This document shows, piece after piece, positions 1-16,484 of a DNA stretch of 64,000 nucleotides. The DNA is taken from the NCBI RefSeq assembly GCF_009914755.1, contig NC_060945.1; one strand, 5' to 3'. Positions within the stretch are counted from its first letter, which is position 1, and the number at the start of each line of letters is the position of its first letter. The notes beneath the pieces are model-generated. The model was not told where the DNA came from, did not search any database, and was given only the letters and a program-made list of their open reading frames with translations. Both the position numbers and the translations under genes were made by a program. Source of the stretch: the human T2T-CHM13v2.0 reference genome, Homo sapiens.

Positions 1-62
1 GTCATTTATCATTACTGACAATCTACTTCAATAGGTAAAATCAAAACTTAAAGGAATAGACC

Positions 63-581
<519 letters not shown>

Positions 582-786
582 GGAGCCCACATGAAGGTTT
601 CAAGCCCATCTTGTTGAGTGGTTTTCAGCCTATAACACCAGGTGAATGGTTTGCTCATGTCTTTTGAACGGGCTGCACAGTCCCTGTTCCCTGAAGGAGC
701 GTCGGCAAAACAGCCACCAGTGGAGATCTATTACCTCGGAAGCACCTTCCCCCAACAGTCCCCTCTCAGGCTATCCACTTACATTT

Positions 787-1415
787 TGTGTCCCAAATTG
801 GTTCCTTCCAGTGGGTTGTCTCGCTGACTTCAAGAATGAAGCTGCAGACCCTCGCGGTGAGTGTTACAGTTCTTAAAGATGGTGCATCCGGAGTTTGTTC
901 CTTCAGATGTTCAGATGTGTCCCGAGTTTCTTCCTCCCAGTGGGTTCATCGTCTCGCTGACTTCAGGAGTGAAGCTGCAGACCCTCACGGTGAGTGTTAC
1001 AGCTCTTAAAAGTAGTGCTGACCCAAAGACCCAAAGAGTGAGCAGCAGCAAGACTTACTGACAAGAGCGAAAATGCAAAGCTTCCACAAGGTGGAAGGGA
1101 ACCCGAGTGGGTTGCAGCCGCTGGCTAGGATAGCCAGCTTTTATTCCCTTATTTGGCCCCACCCACATCCTGCTGATTGGTCCATTTTACAGAGCGCTGA
1201 TCGGTCTGTTTTTACAGAGTGCTGATTGGTGCATTTACAAACCTTTAGCTAGACATAAAGCACTTATTGGTGCGTTTTTACAGAGTGCTGATTGGTGCGT
1301 TTACAAACCTTTAGCTAGACACAGAGTGCCCACTGGTGTTTACAATCCTTTAGCTAGACAGAAAAGTTCTCCAAGTCCCCACCCGACCCAGAGGCCCAGC
1401 CAGCTTCACCTCTCA
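787..1415 (-). mobile_element. Solo LTR12-family (HERV9) LTR, short type
   Basis: Reads TGAGAGGTGAAGC...GGACACA on - strand; repeated CCAAT boxes; 4-bp TSD ATTT (783-786 / 1416-1419). Confidence 0.92.
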
Positions 1416-1576
1416 ATTTTACTTATGGCAGGCTTATCTTTCCAACTCGTTTGTAAATATATACTACAAAGGCAGGAAAATGGGCCCACGATAGTGTTTT
1501 TCACAAAAAGTAGTTTCTGACATTGGTTAATGAGTCACAGTGAAAAATGGAAGATGCTAATCTTCCAAAAAGCATA

Positions 1577-1836
1577 GGCCAGGCACGGGGTGGGGGTCAT
1601 GCCTGTAATCCCAGCACTTTGGGAGGCCAACGTGGGAGGATCACTTGGGCCCAAAAGTTTGAGACCAGCCTGGGCAACACAGCAAGATTCAATCTCTACT
1701 AAAATAAAAAAAAAATAGGCATATGCCTGTAGTCCCAGCTACTCAGGAGGTGAAGGCAGGAGGATCACTTGAGCCTGGGAGTTCAAAGTTGCAGTGAACT
1801 ATGACCCTATCTCCAAAAATAAATAAATAAATAAAA
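1577..1836 (+). mobile_element. AluJ-like with internal deletions
   Basis: Alu arms; TSD-like aaaagcata/aaaggcata. Confidence 0.88.
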
Positions 1837-1875
1837 GGCATAATTATAAGTTGGCAGAAATAATTATATAATAAA

Positions 1876-2168
1876 TTTTTTTTTTTTGGAGACAGTCTCT
1901 CGCTCTGTTGCCCATGCTGGAGTGCAGTGGCACGATCTCAGCTCACTGCAACCTCTGCCTCCATGGTTCAAGAGATTCTCCTGCCTCACCCTCCAAGTAG
2001 CTAGGACTACAGGCACATGCCACCACGCCCAGCTAATTTATTGTATTTTTAGTAGAGACGGGGTTTCACCATGTTAGCCAGGATGGTCTCGATCTCCTGA
2101 CCTTGTGATCCGCCCGCCTCAGCCTCCCAAAGTGCTGGGATTACAGGTGTGAGCCACTGCGCCCAGCC
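1876..2168 (-). mobile_element. AluS/Y
   Basis: Antisense Alu with T tract. Confidence 0.95.
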
Positions 2169-3283
2169 TGTAATAATTAATATGGTGATATCTGTCTTTA
2201 CAACAATCCCACCCATGAGGTTGGTGATATTTGTATCCTATTTTTCGAGATGAGAAAATGGAAGGACAAAGAATTTTAAAAGCTTGCCCACTTACTGGTA
2301 GAGGTAGCAAAGCCAGGACTTGAACCCAGGAAGTCAGGCCCTCCAAAGTCTTCTATCATTTTATTTACTTGCCTTTTTTCCCCATTCCTGTTCAACTAAT
2401 GGCTATGATTTGTGTCAAAGGTCTTTTCAGAACCAAAAGAAAAGAAAAGACAATATTGTATTAACTGATATTCTGTCTACTTTTACTGTCAGGTGAGACA
2501 GTTGCTTGGAATAGTGAATCAGAATCTGAACGTGGTGCTTCTAAGACAATAAAGACAGGGAGAATCCTAAGCTGGCATTCAAAAAAACGTCGCAGATCAC
2601 ATCATTCCACATCTCATTGTGTAATCTGGACAGCTGAACCCTCAACAGATTCAGGGACTAGTTCAAGGTCACACACGCAGCGAAAAATGTAGTTGAAACC
2701 AATTTAGTAGGAGGGCCCCTACCAACCTCCTCTTGTTAGTCTGAATAGCCTGCATGAGAAGGAAAAGCAGCAGTAATATCAATTAGAAACAGGAAAGCTC
2801 ATCTGCCTCCTAACTCCCTAAAGATCTTTCGGGCCCTTTAAAAAAAGGTAGTGTCCAAGACACAAATACCAAGTCCACTGAAGGTCTCACTAACCAAATT
2901 GTGTGATGAGGCATTTCTGCAGATGAATATTTTTTTGGAGCTCTAAATCATCTCATCCTTAAATTAAATAATTCTTCCCCCCCCACCCCCCCGCCTCCAC
3001 AAGGTAATTTAGAATAAAGAAGATAGTGTTTGTAACACACCTTTCTTGCCCCCAACACACATGCACCTTGATCCCCTCATCTGTCGGGCTACAAAGTTCC
3101 TTTTAAAAAATATTTTTTCTAATTGATAAAATTTGCTTTTGCTCATTAACTTTCCCAGTTAAAAGCCCTGGCTAGATGCTTTTTAAAGTAACACAGATGG
3201 AGATACGGGAAAGCAAAGATCAGAAACATTGGTGAAAGCACTGAAATGTTTCTTTTCTAAAAAGATTCATTAGTGATCAGACA

Positions 3284-3418
3284 GAAAAAAAGGAAGAAAG
3301 GAAGGCGGGAGGGAGGGATAGACAGAGGGAGGGAGGAAGGAACAGAGAAAAAGAAAGAAGGAAGGAAGGAAGGGAAAGAGGGAGGGAGAGAGAAAAAAGA
3401 AAGAAGGAAAGAAAGAAA
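3284..3418. repeat. Purine-rich (GGAA/GAAA) low-complexity tract
   Basis: Almost entirely A/G on + strand. Confidence 0.9.
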
Positions 3419-3762
3419 ACCTAAATTTCTTTTCAGTTGCTTAACAAAAGAACTTCTGGAAAGCTATAGTCTCCATGCAGAAAATGATTTTAGCTATCAA
3501 ATATTTTTCTAAATGCTCTCCAGATTTGACAATGGATTTTTCTAAACTCCCACATTGCCCTCTCTGGGGCCAGGACAGGCTAAACTGTGAAAATGAATGG
3601 TTGAGGAAAAGAATACTGAACTCTGCCATGTGACTGTTCAACTGTTAATCTACACCCAAAAATGAAAGTCCATTTCCATCCTTAAAAATAGTAAAGGGGA
3701 AGGAAAAGTATCTTTTCCATTTGGTCCATTTTCTTGGAAAGTTTGTTATTAAAGGAAACGGT

Positions 3763-4161
<399 letters not shown>

Positions 4162-4233
4162 TTATTGAAATAATAACAGGAGAAGGAAATAAAAAAAAGG
4201 GAAAGGAAAGGAGGAAAGGCCAGAGAGGAGGGA

Positions 4234-4236
<3 letters not shown>

Positions 4237-4292
<56 letters not shown>
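4237..4292. repeat. (AG)28 microsatellite
   Basis: Direct reading. Confidence 0.97.
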
Positions 4293-4299
<7 letters not shown>

Positions 4300-5391
4300 A
4301 TAAGAACGATAATTTTGGGACCCAGCAATATGCTTGAGTTTGCGTTTGACTCTAAAAACATTCATAGTGAAACAGCGGCCTCCTCTGGTCACAGGCAGGA
4401 AATTCAAGAACTTCTGTTTCTTACCAAAGTCAATTTTAAACTATGAAAATGGATGGATTATTACATTGGAAAAGAACTGTATTCAACATTTACCAAATCT
4501 GCCGTTGTGCACTAAAACCGTATAAACTAGAAAACTCAACCCAAAATCAGTGTTCTGAGGGTGATGAGTTCCAGCAAAAATCCTATGAGAAATTAGAGTT
4601 GGATAGGATCTTGCTCACATTTAATCTATTCTCCCTCACAGTGATCTTCCCTAGTTAAATTAAGTAAAAGTTGAAAATTATCCTCCAGGGTGAAACAATT
4701 TTCCCAAAATGGTCACTACTGGTCTGCTTGTACTCCATTCGGAGCCAGATAGACCTAGATTTGAATGCTGGATTCATAGAGCTGCATAACTTTGGACCAG
4801 GACTTGCCCTGTTTTTCCATCTGTAAAATAGGCCCCATAGCACCTCTCAGGGCTTCTCTGCAGATGCAGTGAAAGCACACACAAAGCACTAAGCATGTAG
4901 GAAAAATTTTGACAACGTCAGGGCCCCTTCCTGTTGCTACCACTGAGTCCAATATAGCTCGTAGCTCACTGAATTGTATGTCTAATGTTTGTGTATTTTT
5001 TTTTGTTTTACTCATTTATAAAAGCAAAGATCGTCTTTATAACTTTTATTGCGGTAAAACGTGATATTTGGTAAGATATAATTTGCCATTCTAACCATTT
5101 GTAAGTGTACATTTCAGTGGCATCAATTATATTCACAATATCGTCCAACCATCACCACTATCCATTTCCAAAACTTTTTCATCACTCCAAATAGAAACTT
5201 TGTATCCGTTAAGAAATAATTCCTCCTCCCCTCCTCCTCCTCTCATTGCTGGTAACTTCTAATCTACTTTCTATCTCTATGAATTTGCCTGTTTTATATA
5301 TTTCATGTAACTAGGATTATGCAATATTTGTCCTTTTGTGTCTGGTTTATATCACTTACCATAATATTTTTGAGATTCATTCATGTTGTAG

Positions 5392-6503
5392 TGCGTCCGG
5401 AATTGGTGGCTTCTTCGTCTCACTGACTTCAAGAATGAAGCAGCAGACCCCCGCGGTGAGTGTTACAGTTCTTAAAGATGGTGTGTCTGGAGTTTGTTCC
5501 TTCTGGTGGTTTCGTGGTCTCGCTGACTTCAGGAGCGAAGCTGCAGACCTTCACGGTGAGTGTTACAGCTCTTAAAGGCTGCACGTCTGGAGTTTCGTTC
5601 CTTCCGGTGGGTTCATGGTCTTGCTGGCCTCAGGAGTGAAGCTGCAGACCTTCGCGGTGAGTATTACAGCTCATAAAAGCGGCGCAGACCCAAAAAGTTA
5701 GCTGCAGCAAGATTTATTACAAACAGCAAAAGAACAAATCCTCCACAGCATGGAAAGGAACCTCAGCGGTTCGGGTGGCCTGCTTTTATTCCCTCATTTG
5801 GTCCCACCCACATCCTGCTGATTGGCCCATTTTACAGAGAGCTGATTGGTCCGTTCTACAGAGAGCTGTTCGGTCTGTTTTGACCGAGTGCTGATTGGTG
5901 CGCTTACAAATCTTTAACTAGACACAGAGTGCTGATTGGTGCGTTTACAATCCTTTAGCTAGACACAAAAGTTCCCCAAGTCCCCACCCGATTAGCCAGA
6001 CACAGAGCAATGATTGGTGCGTTTACAAACCTTTAGCTAGACACAAGTGCTGATTGGTGCATTTACAATCCTTCAGCTAGACGGAAAAGTTCTCCAAGTC
6101 CCCACCCCGCCTACAAGCCCAGCCGGCTTCACCTCTCTCTGGCACTCCCATGGGTCTTTGCGGCACCTAGCCTGGGCACTCCCGCAGCCCGGACGGAGCT
6201 CGTTCCGGATCAAGCCCAGCGGACACCTGCCGGCCGCGCCAAGCGCAGAGCCCGCCGAGCCCGCGCCCACCTGGAACCGTGCCGGCCTGCGAGCGCCGTG
6301 CGCAGCCCCGGCTCCCGCCCGCGCCTCTTCCTCCACACCTCCCCGCCAGCAGAGGGAGCCGGCTCTGGCCTCGGCCAGCCCCAGAGAGGGGCCCCCACAG
6401 CGAAGCAGCGGGGTGAAGGGCTCTTGGAGCAGGGACAGAGCGGAGGCCAAGGCCGAGGAGGCGCCAAGAGCGAGCGAGGGCTGCTAGCAGTTGCCACCTC
6501 TCA
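5392..6503 (-). mobile_element. Solo LTR12-family LTR, long GC-rich type (LTR12C/D-like), inserted in L1
   Basis: TG...CA ends; TSD GTAG (5388-5391 / 6504-6507); six ATTGG boxes; CpG-rich 6140-6500. Confidence 0.92.
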
Positions 6504-6528
6504 GTAGCATGCATCAAAACTTTATTAC

Positions 6529-6806
6529 ATGGGGTGCAGTGGTTCACGCCTGTAATCCTAGCACTTTGGGAGGCCGAGGCGGGCGAATCACCTGAGGTCA
6601 GGAGTTCAAGACCAGCCTGGCCAGCATGGTGAAACCCCGTCTCTACCAAAAATACAAAAATCAGTCAGGTGTGGTGGGCCACACCTGTAATCCCAGGTAC
6701 TTGGGAGGCTGAAACAGGAGAATCGCTGAACCTGGGAGGCAGAGGTTGCAGTGAGCTCCAGCCTGGGCGACAGAGCAAGACCCTGTCTCAGAAAAAAAAA
6801 AAAAAA
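6529..6806 (+). mobile_element. AluS
   Basis: TSD aaaactttatt. Confidence 0.93.
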
Positions 6807-7009
6807 ACTTTATTCCTTTTTCTTGCTGAATAATACTTCCTTACATAGATATACAGTTTGTTTAGCCGTTCATCTGTTGACAGACACTGAGTAATTACCA
6901 CCTTTTGGCTATTGTGAATAATAAGCATTGTTGCACAAGTAACTATTCAGGTCCCTGCTTTCGGTTCTTTTGTATGTATACCCAGAGCATACGGTACATT
7001 CCATGTTTC

Positions 7010-7138
7010 ATTTTTTTTCATTTTTTTAATAGAGTCTCCCTATCTTGCACAAGCTGGTCTCCAACTCCTGGATTGAAGCAATCCTCTTCTCAGCCTCCCA
7101 AGTAGTTTGTATTACCGACATGAGCTACCACACCCAGC
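7010..7138 (-). mobile_element. FLAM / Alu monomer
   Basis: Single diverged Alu arm. Confidence 0.7.
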
Positions 7139-9620
7139 TATGCTTAATGTATTTGTGTGTGTGTATATATATATATTTTTTTTTTATTTATTTTTTTTTT
7201 TGGAACCACCACCATAGTCTATTCCACATCAGGTGTACCATTTTACATTCCCACAAGCAAGCCACAAGGGTTCCAATTTCCCCACACCCTTGCCAACAGT
7301 TGCTGACGGGATTTTTCATTGTGCAAAACTGAAACTCTGTATCCATTAAACAACTTTGTTTTCCTTCCCCCTACCCTTGGCAACCACCTTTTCCTCACTC
7401 CAAACACAAACTTCCTACCCATTAAGCAGTAACTCCTCCTTTCCTCTCTCCCAGCTCCTGGTAACTTTCAATCTACTTTGTTTCTATGAGTTCGGCTACT
7501 TTAGATACCTCTTGTCAGTGGAATCATACAGTGTTTGTCTTTTTATGACTGGCTGGCTTCACTTAGCATAATTTCCTCAAGGTTCCTCCAAGTTGTCATA
7601 TGTAACAGGGTTTTTTTTCTTTTTAAAAGCTGAATAATATGCCTTTGTATGTACATTGCATTTCCTTTATCCATTCTTCCATCAATGGACATTTGGGTTG
7701 CTTCTACCTCTTGGCTACTGTGAATAATTCTGCAATGAACATTGGTTTGAAAATATCTCTTCAAGATCCTGCTTTCAATTCTTTTGGCTATATACCCAGA
7801 AGTGAAGTTGCTAGGTTATATGATAAATCTATTTTTAAGTTTTTGAGGAATCTCCATATTGTTCTCCATGGCAGCCTGTACCATTTTACCTTCCTACCAA
7901 CAGCACACAAGGGTTCCAGTTTCCCCACATCCTCTCCAACACTTGTTATTTTGTGTTTTTTGATAGTGGCCATACTAATATGGGTATGAGGTGACATTTC
8001 ATTGTAGTTTTGATTTGCACTTCTCTAATGATTAGTGATGCTGAGCATCTTTTCATATGCTTGGTGGCCATTTGGACACCATCCCTGGAGAAATTTATAT
8101 TCAAGTACCTTGCCCAGTTTTTAGTTTTTTGTTGTTGAGTTGTAGTAGCTCTTTATATATTCTGGGTATTAATCCCTTGTCAGATATATGATTTGCAAAT
8201 ATTTTCTCCCATTCTGTAGCTTAGCTTTTCACTTTGCTGACTCTTTCCTTTGATGTGCACAAGTTTTTAAGTTTGATGTAGTCCCATCTGTTTGTTTTTG
8301 CTTTTGTTGCCAAGCTTTTTGTGTCATGTATAAGAACTTATTGCCAAATCCAAGATGATGAAGATTTATCTCTGTTTTCTCCTAAGAGTGTTATGGTTTT
8401 AGCTCCTATATTTAGGCCATTGATTTATTTTGAGTGAATTTTTTTTCTTTCTGCTTTTGGGCTTTAAATAAAACAAAATTTTATTGAGCTGTAAAATTAT
8501 TTATATACATATTTTTGGCTTACATTTATATGAGACATCCACTCCAAATGAAATTTCAAATGAAATTTTTGACATTTTATTTCAAAATTATACTTGTGTG
8601 GTTTTCTGCATATTTACAAATAGTAGTTGTAATTTTTTCTCTTATGATTTTATTCTCAAACTATAAATACTGACTTAGATACCCTTAATTCATCATAATC
8701 TGTCAAACATTTTCTGATTTTATTTCTCTATATTTTATAGAGGATATGTCTCAGGTTTGGGATAGTATCTTAATACAATAAAGTAACTTAACCCCTGAAA
8801 AAGGCAAACATACAGATAAAGTCTTACCAAAAAGCAATAATTTTTCAGTCAATTTGATAAGAAAGAAGGATGAACTATAGACACCCTGAATAAAAATTGA
8901 GGCATTGTTATTTTTTTACTCATCATTAAGAAATATGGGTTTTAATTAAATATAATTTCTATAATTAACTATTTAAAATTCTTTTTTCTCTTCTATAGTT
9001 TTTTATTGATATATAATAATTACACATAATTATGGAGTACATTTGATATTTGGTTAGATTAATACAATGTGTAATCAAATCAGAGCAATTAGAATATCTA
9101 TCACCTCATTTATCATTTCTTTGTGTTTCTAACACAGAAATGCCAGATCTTCTCTTCTAGCTATTGTGAAAGGCACAATAAATTATTATTAACTATTGTC
9201 ACTTTATTGCTCTACCAAACATTAGAACTTATTCCTTCTATTTAATGTATTTTCTTTATTGGGTAAGGAAATACATCCCCAATCCCCACTACCCTTCTCA
9301 CCCTCTGGTAACCATCCTTCTATGTTCTACTTCCATAAAATCAACTTTGATTGAGACATATGAATAAGAATATGTGATATATGTGTCTTTCTGTGCCTGA
9401 CTTATTTCACTTAATGTAAGGTCCTCCAGATTCATCCATGCTGGCACAAATGACAGAATTTCATTCCTTTTTTTGGCTGAACAGAATTCCATTGTGTATC
9501 TGTGCCATATTTTTTAATTCATTTATCCATTGATGGATACTCAGGTTGTTTTCATATCTTGACTACTGGGAATAGTGCTGCAATAAATATAGAAATGCAG
9601 ATATCTCTTCAACATCCTGA

Positions 9621-9992
<372 letters not shown>

Positions 9993-10955
9993 TGAATTTT
10001 TGAAGAACCTCCATACCGTTTTCCATAGTGGCTGTACTAATTTACATTCTCATCAACAGTGTACTGGCATGAATTTGTCATTTCTTGTATTTTTTATAAT
10101 AGCTATTTTAACTGGGGGAGATAATATCTCATTGCATATAATATCTGATTTGCATTTTCCTGATGACTAGTGATGTTGAACATTTTCCCATATACCTGTT
10201 GGCCATTTATATGTCTTCTTTTGTGAAATGACTATTCAGATCATTTGCCCATTCTTTAATCAGATTATTCAGGTTTTTTGCTATTGTTTGAGTTTCTTAC
10301 ATATTTTGGTTATTAATCCTTTGTCAAATGGATGTAAATATTTCCTCCCATTCTGTAGGTTGCCTCTTCACTCTGCTGATTATTTTCTTGCTGTGTAAGA
10401 AGTTTTTTAGCTTGACATAATCCTATTTGTTGATTTTTGCTTTCGTTGCCTGTACTTGTGAGGTTGTACTAAAAAAAAAAATCTTCGCCCAGACTAATGT
10501 CCTGGAGCATTTCCCAGTGTTTTCTTCTAGAAGTTTCATGGTTTCAGGTCTTACATTTAAGTCTTTAATCCATTTGATTTGATTTTTTAATATGGTGAGA
10601 GATAGGGTCCTAGTTTTATTCTTCCACATATGGATAGCCAGTTTTCCCAGCACCGTTTATTGACAAGACAGTTCTTTCCCCAATGTATGTTCTTGGCATC
10701 TTTGTCAAAAATGAGTTGGCTATATATGCATAGATTTATTTCTGGGCTCTCTATTCTGTTCCATTTGGTCTATGTGTCTGTTTTTGTGCCAGTACTATGC
10801 TATTTTTGGTTACTATAGCTTTGTAGTACATTTTGAAATCTGTTAGTGTGATACCTCCAGCTCTGTTCTTTTTGTTCAAAATTGCTTTGGTTATTCAGGG
10901 TCTTTTGTTCCAAGTGAATTTTAGGATTTTTTTTTTCTATTTCTGTGAAGAATGT

Positions 10956-11372
10956 TGCTATCTTTTGGATATTTGACACCCCCACCCCACCACCAACTCT
11001 CACATTGAAATGTGATCCCTGATGTTGGAGGTGGAGACTGGCAGGAGGTGTTCGCATCATGGAGGCAGATTCCTCATGAATGGCTTGTTGCCATCCGCCT
11101 GGTAATGAGTTCTTGCTCTATTTACAAAATCTGATTGTTAAAAAAAAGGCCGGGAACCTCCTTACCTGCTCCCTTCCTCCCTGTCTTGTCATGTGATCTC
11201 ACCGGATCCTTTTCAGCTTCTGCCATGAGTAGAAGCAATCTAAGGCCCTTGCCAGAAGCAGATGCTGATGCCATGCTTCTTGTACAGCCTGCAGAACCGT
11301 AAGCCAAATAAACGTCTTGTATTTATAAATTACCCAGGTATTCCTTTACAGCAACATAAGCAGACTAAGACA
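10956..11372 (+). mobile_element. MST-family MaLR solo LTR
   Basis: TGCTAT...GACTAAGACA; TSD aatgt/agtgt. Confidence 0.8.
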
Positions 11373-11428
11373 AGTGTCACTGGTATTTTGATAGGGATTG
11401 CATTGATTCTGTAGATCATTTTAGGTGG

Positions 11429-11799
11429 TGATATGATTTGGCTGAGTCCCCACCCAAATCTCATCTTGAATTGTAGCTCACATAATTCCCTCATGTTGTG
11501 GGAGGGACCCAGTGGGAGATAACTGAATCATGGGGGCAGTTTCCCCCATACTGTTCTCGTGGTAATTGATAGGTCTCACGAGATTTGATGGTTTTATAAG
11601 GGGAAACCCCTTTTGCTTGGCTCTCATTCTCTTCTCCTGTCTGCAGCCATGTGAGAGGTGCCTTTTGCCTTCTGCCTCCTGCCATGATTGTGAGCCCTCT
11701 CCAGCCACGTGGAACTGTGAGTCCATTAAACCTCTTTCTTTCGTAAATTGCCCAGCCTTGGGTATATCTTTATCAACAGTGTGAAAACGGACTAATACA
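11429..11799 (+). mobile_element. THE1 MaLR solo LTR
   Basis: TGATATGATTTGGCTG...GACTAATACA; perfect 5-bp TSD GGTGG. Confidence 0.92.
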
Positions 11800-12036
11800 G
11801 GTGGTATGGACACATCAATATCAGTTTTTCCAATCCATGAGCATGGGATATCTTTTCACTTTTTGGTGTCCTCTTCAATTTCTTTCATCAGTGTTTTGTA
11901 GTTTTCACTATAGAGATCTTTCACTTGGTCGATTAAATTTATTCCTAGGGCTTTGTTTTTGCTTCGGTAGCTAGTATAAATGGGATTGCTTTCCTTTTCA
12001 GATTGTTCTCTGTTGACATATATAAATGCTACTGAT

Positions 12037-12330
12037 GGCCAGGCATGGTGGCTCATGCCTGTAATGCAAAAACTTTGCAAGGCCAGGGTGGGAAGATTTC
12101 ATGAGCTTAGGAGTTCAAGAACAGCCTGGACAACAAAATGAGACTTTATCACTATGAAAATTTTTTTAAAAATTAGCCAGCTGGGACTTTAGTCCCAGCT
12201 ACTTGGGAGGCTGAGGTAGAAGGATCACTTGAGCCTGGGATGTCTAGGCTTCAGTGAGCCGTGATCCTGCTACTGCACTCCAGCCTGGGTGACTGAGCAA
12301 GACCCTGTCTCAAACAAACAAATAAACAAC
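12037..12330 (+). mobile_element. AluJ in L1
   Basis: TSD aaatgc(t/c)actgat. Confidence 0.92.
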
Positions 12331-14373
12331 AAATGCCACTGATTTTTGTATATTGATTTTGTATTTTGCAACTTCACCAAATTTGTTCACTAGTTCTAAC
12401 AGTTTTTTGGTGGAATCTTTAAGTTTTTCTAAATGTAGAATCATGTCATCTGTAAACAAGAATAATTTGACTTGTTTCTTTCCCATTTGGATGCCCTTTA
12501 TTTCTTTCTCTTACCTAATTGCTCTGGCTAGGACTTCCAGGATTATATTGAATAAAAGTGGTGAAAGTGGGCAACCTTGTCTTCTTCCAGATCTTAGAGA
12601 AAAGGCTTTTGATTTTTCCCCATTCAGTAGGATGCTAGCTATGGGTTTGCCATATATGACTTTTGGCCATATAAAAGTCATATGGCTTTTATTGTTTTGA
12701 GATATATTCCTTCTATACTCAGTTTGTCAAAAGTTTTTATCATGAAGAGATGATAAATTTTATTGAATGCTTTTTCAGCATCTATGGTAATTATATGGTT
12801 TTTTGTTCTTGACTCTGTTTATGTGATGTATCATGTTTATTGATTTGCATATGTTGAACCATCCTTACATTCCTGGGGTACACATGATCATAATGAATGA
12901 TCTTTGCAATGTGTTGTTGAATTTAGTTTGCTAGTATTCTGGTGAAGATTTCTACATGTATATTAATCAGGAATATTGGTCTGTCATTTTCTTTTTTTGT
13001 TGTCTCCTTATCTAGTTTTAGTATCAGATTAATGCTGAAATCACTTTGAATTAATTTTTATATATGGAGTGAGGTAAGAGTGCAACTACATTCATTTACA
13101 CGTAAAAATCCAGTTGTCTCAGAACCATTTGTTGAAAAGACTACTCTTCCCCCACTGAAAGAACCTGGCACCTTTATCAAAAATCCATTCACCATAGATG
13201 TATGACTGTCAATTCCATTTTGGCCTATATGCCTATCTTTGTAAGTATCACATTGTTTTGATTACTATAACTTTGTATTAAGTTTTGAAATCCAGAAGTG
13301 TTAGCTTTCCAATTTTATTCTTTTTTTTTTACTTTTATTTTAGGTTCAGGGGTACATGTCCAGGTTTGTTACATACATATATTGAGTGGCATGGGGGTTT
13401 GGTGTACAGATTATTTCAGCACCCACATAATAAGCACAGTACCCAATAGGTAGATTTTTAAATTATTTTTCTTTTTCAATATTGTTTTTGCTATTTAGGG
13501 GCACTGTGCAATTACGTATGATTTAACAATTGGCTTTTTCACTTCTGCAAATAAGGCTGCTGGGGAAACTATTTTTCAATAACTAAACTGAAAAGATCTT
13601 AACACCTAATGCAACTTTTTTCCAGATACTTATAAGTTTTCTGGAAAACCTAGTGACTGTACATGAAGAATCAAGTTAATCAGAGAGCAGATACTACCCG
13701 TGACAAAATGTCTAAGTAATGAGACTATTCCTGCTCAGGAAATAAAAGCGAAAAAAAAAAAAAAAACCTGTCTCATTTACATGTTCAATCAATCCAATCA
13801 ATCACCAGTGTTTATATTTCTATTAAACTTCCGTAAAAGCCCAAAGCAGAGTTTCATTTTTACTTTTTAAAATTCTAGTATCTTTGCTAAAAACAATGCC
13901 TACGAAATAATGTCTTTGGGAAGGATGTCACCCAAGCCGATACAACCAAATAAGTTTTGATCCCAAAAGTGGTCCCATGGGGAAGAAAGTATATTCCCAA
14001 AGAGGATGATTTTACCCAAAAATTCTCTACGGCAACTGCTGCGCTCAGAATAGGCTTAACACATGCATACATACATACATCCACACATCTACACACACGC
14101 ATTCTAATTCCAATCCGGTCACATCTTGGTTTGGAGTGAAATTTTTTACAAGCATATTAGCTACTTGTTTATTGTTTCCTACATCAGCTTTGTTGTCTTA
14201 TATATGAGACTCTGTTTCCAATCAGCTTGTTTCTGCACAGGCCTTCAGAGCGCCCAGCACAGCCCCAAGCTCCTGTGGCAGCCTCACCAGCTCATCTGTT
14301 CTACCTGCAGCCTTAGCTTGTTCTGCACCAAGGCAACAGTTTTTGTGAATCAGAGTTTGAAAGCCTGAGAAAT

Positions 14374-15176
<803 letters not shown>

Positions 15177-15589
15177 CTGGGTCATAACCCAAAATGTAGT
15201 TCCCCGCAATCATCTGACACCTCCTCTCTCCTTGTGTTCCTTCTGCTCTGTGCCCTTTGCTTCTCTTCCTCCCAAATCATCCCCTTGTGCCCTCTAGGAC
15301 GTTCAAACCCTGATGAAAGGCCGGCTCCATCCTCAGGCTTCATCACATCACTCACTTCCATATTGCAGCTTCCTGGGTTTGCACCCAATTGAGTAAAGCC
15401 CAGCACACACATCTACATTCCAGTTGCAAGGGGTGTGTGGGAGGGCTGGGAAAGGAAGCTGACCAGATTTTACCTTTAGAAAGCAGGACAATGCTCCCGA
15501 GGTGAGACGCTATCTATGCAAGGAGGGTGTTCAACATTTGGACAGCCACGGCTGGAAGATGTCCACTACCCAGGTTTTCATAGTCATAG

Positions 15590-15994
<405 letters not shown>

Positions 15995-16470
15995 TAGTTT
16001 TCCAGCCTGAGCAACCTGAGAGAAGGTGAGGCCATTTACTGAGATGACGGAAGAAGATAAAGTGAAGGTGGAAATGATAAGTTCAGTTTGGGACATATTG
16101 GCCTTGAGGGGCTTTGTAAATTTTCAGGTTCTGAGGCTCCAGTGGTGGCAGCAGCAATCACCCGTGGCCTTGTGTGTGGCACCCAGCATCTGTTCTAATT
16201 CCATCCATCACCAGCTGATTCTCATTTCCCAAGCCTTTGTTCAGGCTATCGAACTCCAGGGATCTGAGTTACCCTCTCCTATTCCTAAACACTGTCCCCA
16301 GCCAAACCCCACTTAACCTAATTACTAGGCATGTGAGCCTGGGCAAACCGCTTCACTGCTCTAGGCCTCGGTTCCTCATCTGTAAAATGAGAGGGTTACA
16401 AAATATGACGTCCAAGGGTCCTTCTACGTCCATTCTGGTTCTAAATAAAATGCGGCACTTTGCTGATCCA

Positions 16471-16484
16471 CCGCGAGAGGGCAC
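16471..16484 (+). promoter_or_regulatory. Candidate CTCF site CCGCGAGAGGGCAC in a CpG-rich unique element
   Basis: Close match to the CTCF core CC(A/G)C(C/G)AG(G/A)(G/T)GGC(G/A)C. Confidence 0.6.

Larger units (their letters stand above)
5040..8440 (-). mobile_element. Fragmented old L1M (3' end/ORF2 remnants) interrupted by LTR12, Alu and FLAM
   Basis: Typical L1 antisense text; ORF2-like translations at 7543-7997. Confidence 0.85.

Noticed and set aside
1170-1360. Regularly spaced repeats (gtgctgattggtgc...ttacaaacctttagctagac) resembling a CRISPR array
   Set aside because: Internal tandem enhancer repeats of LTR12; eukaryotic DNA, no unique spacers or cas genes
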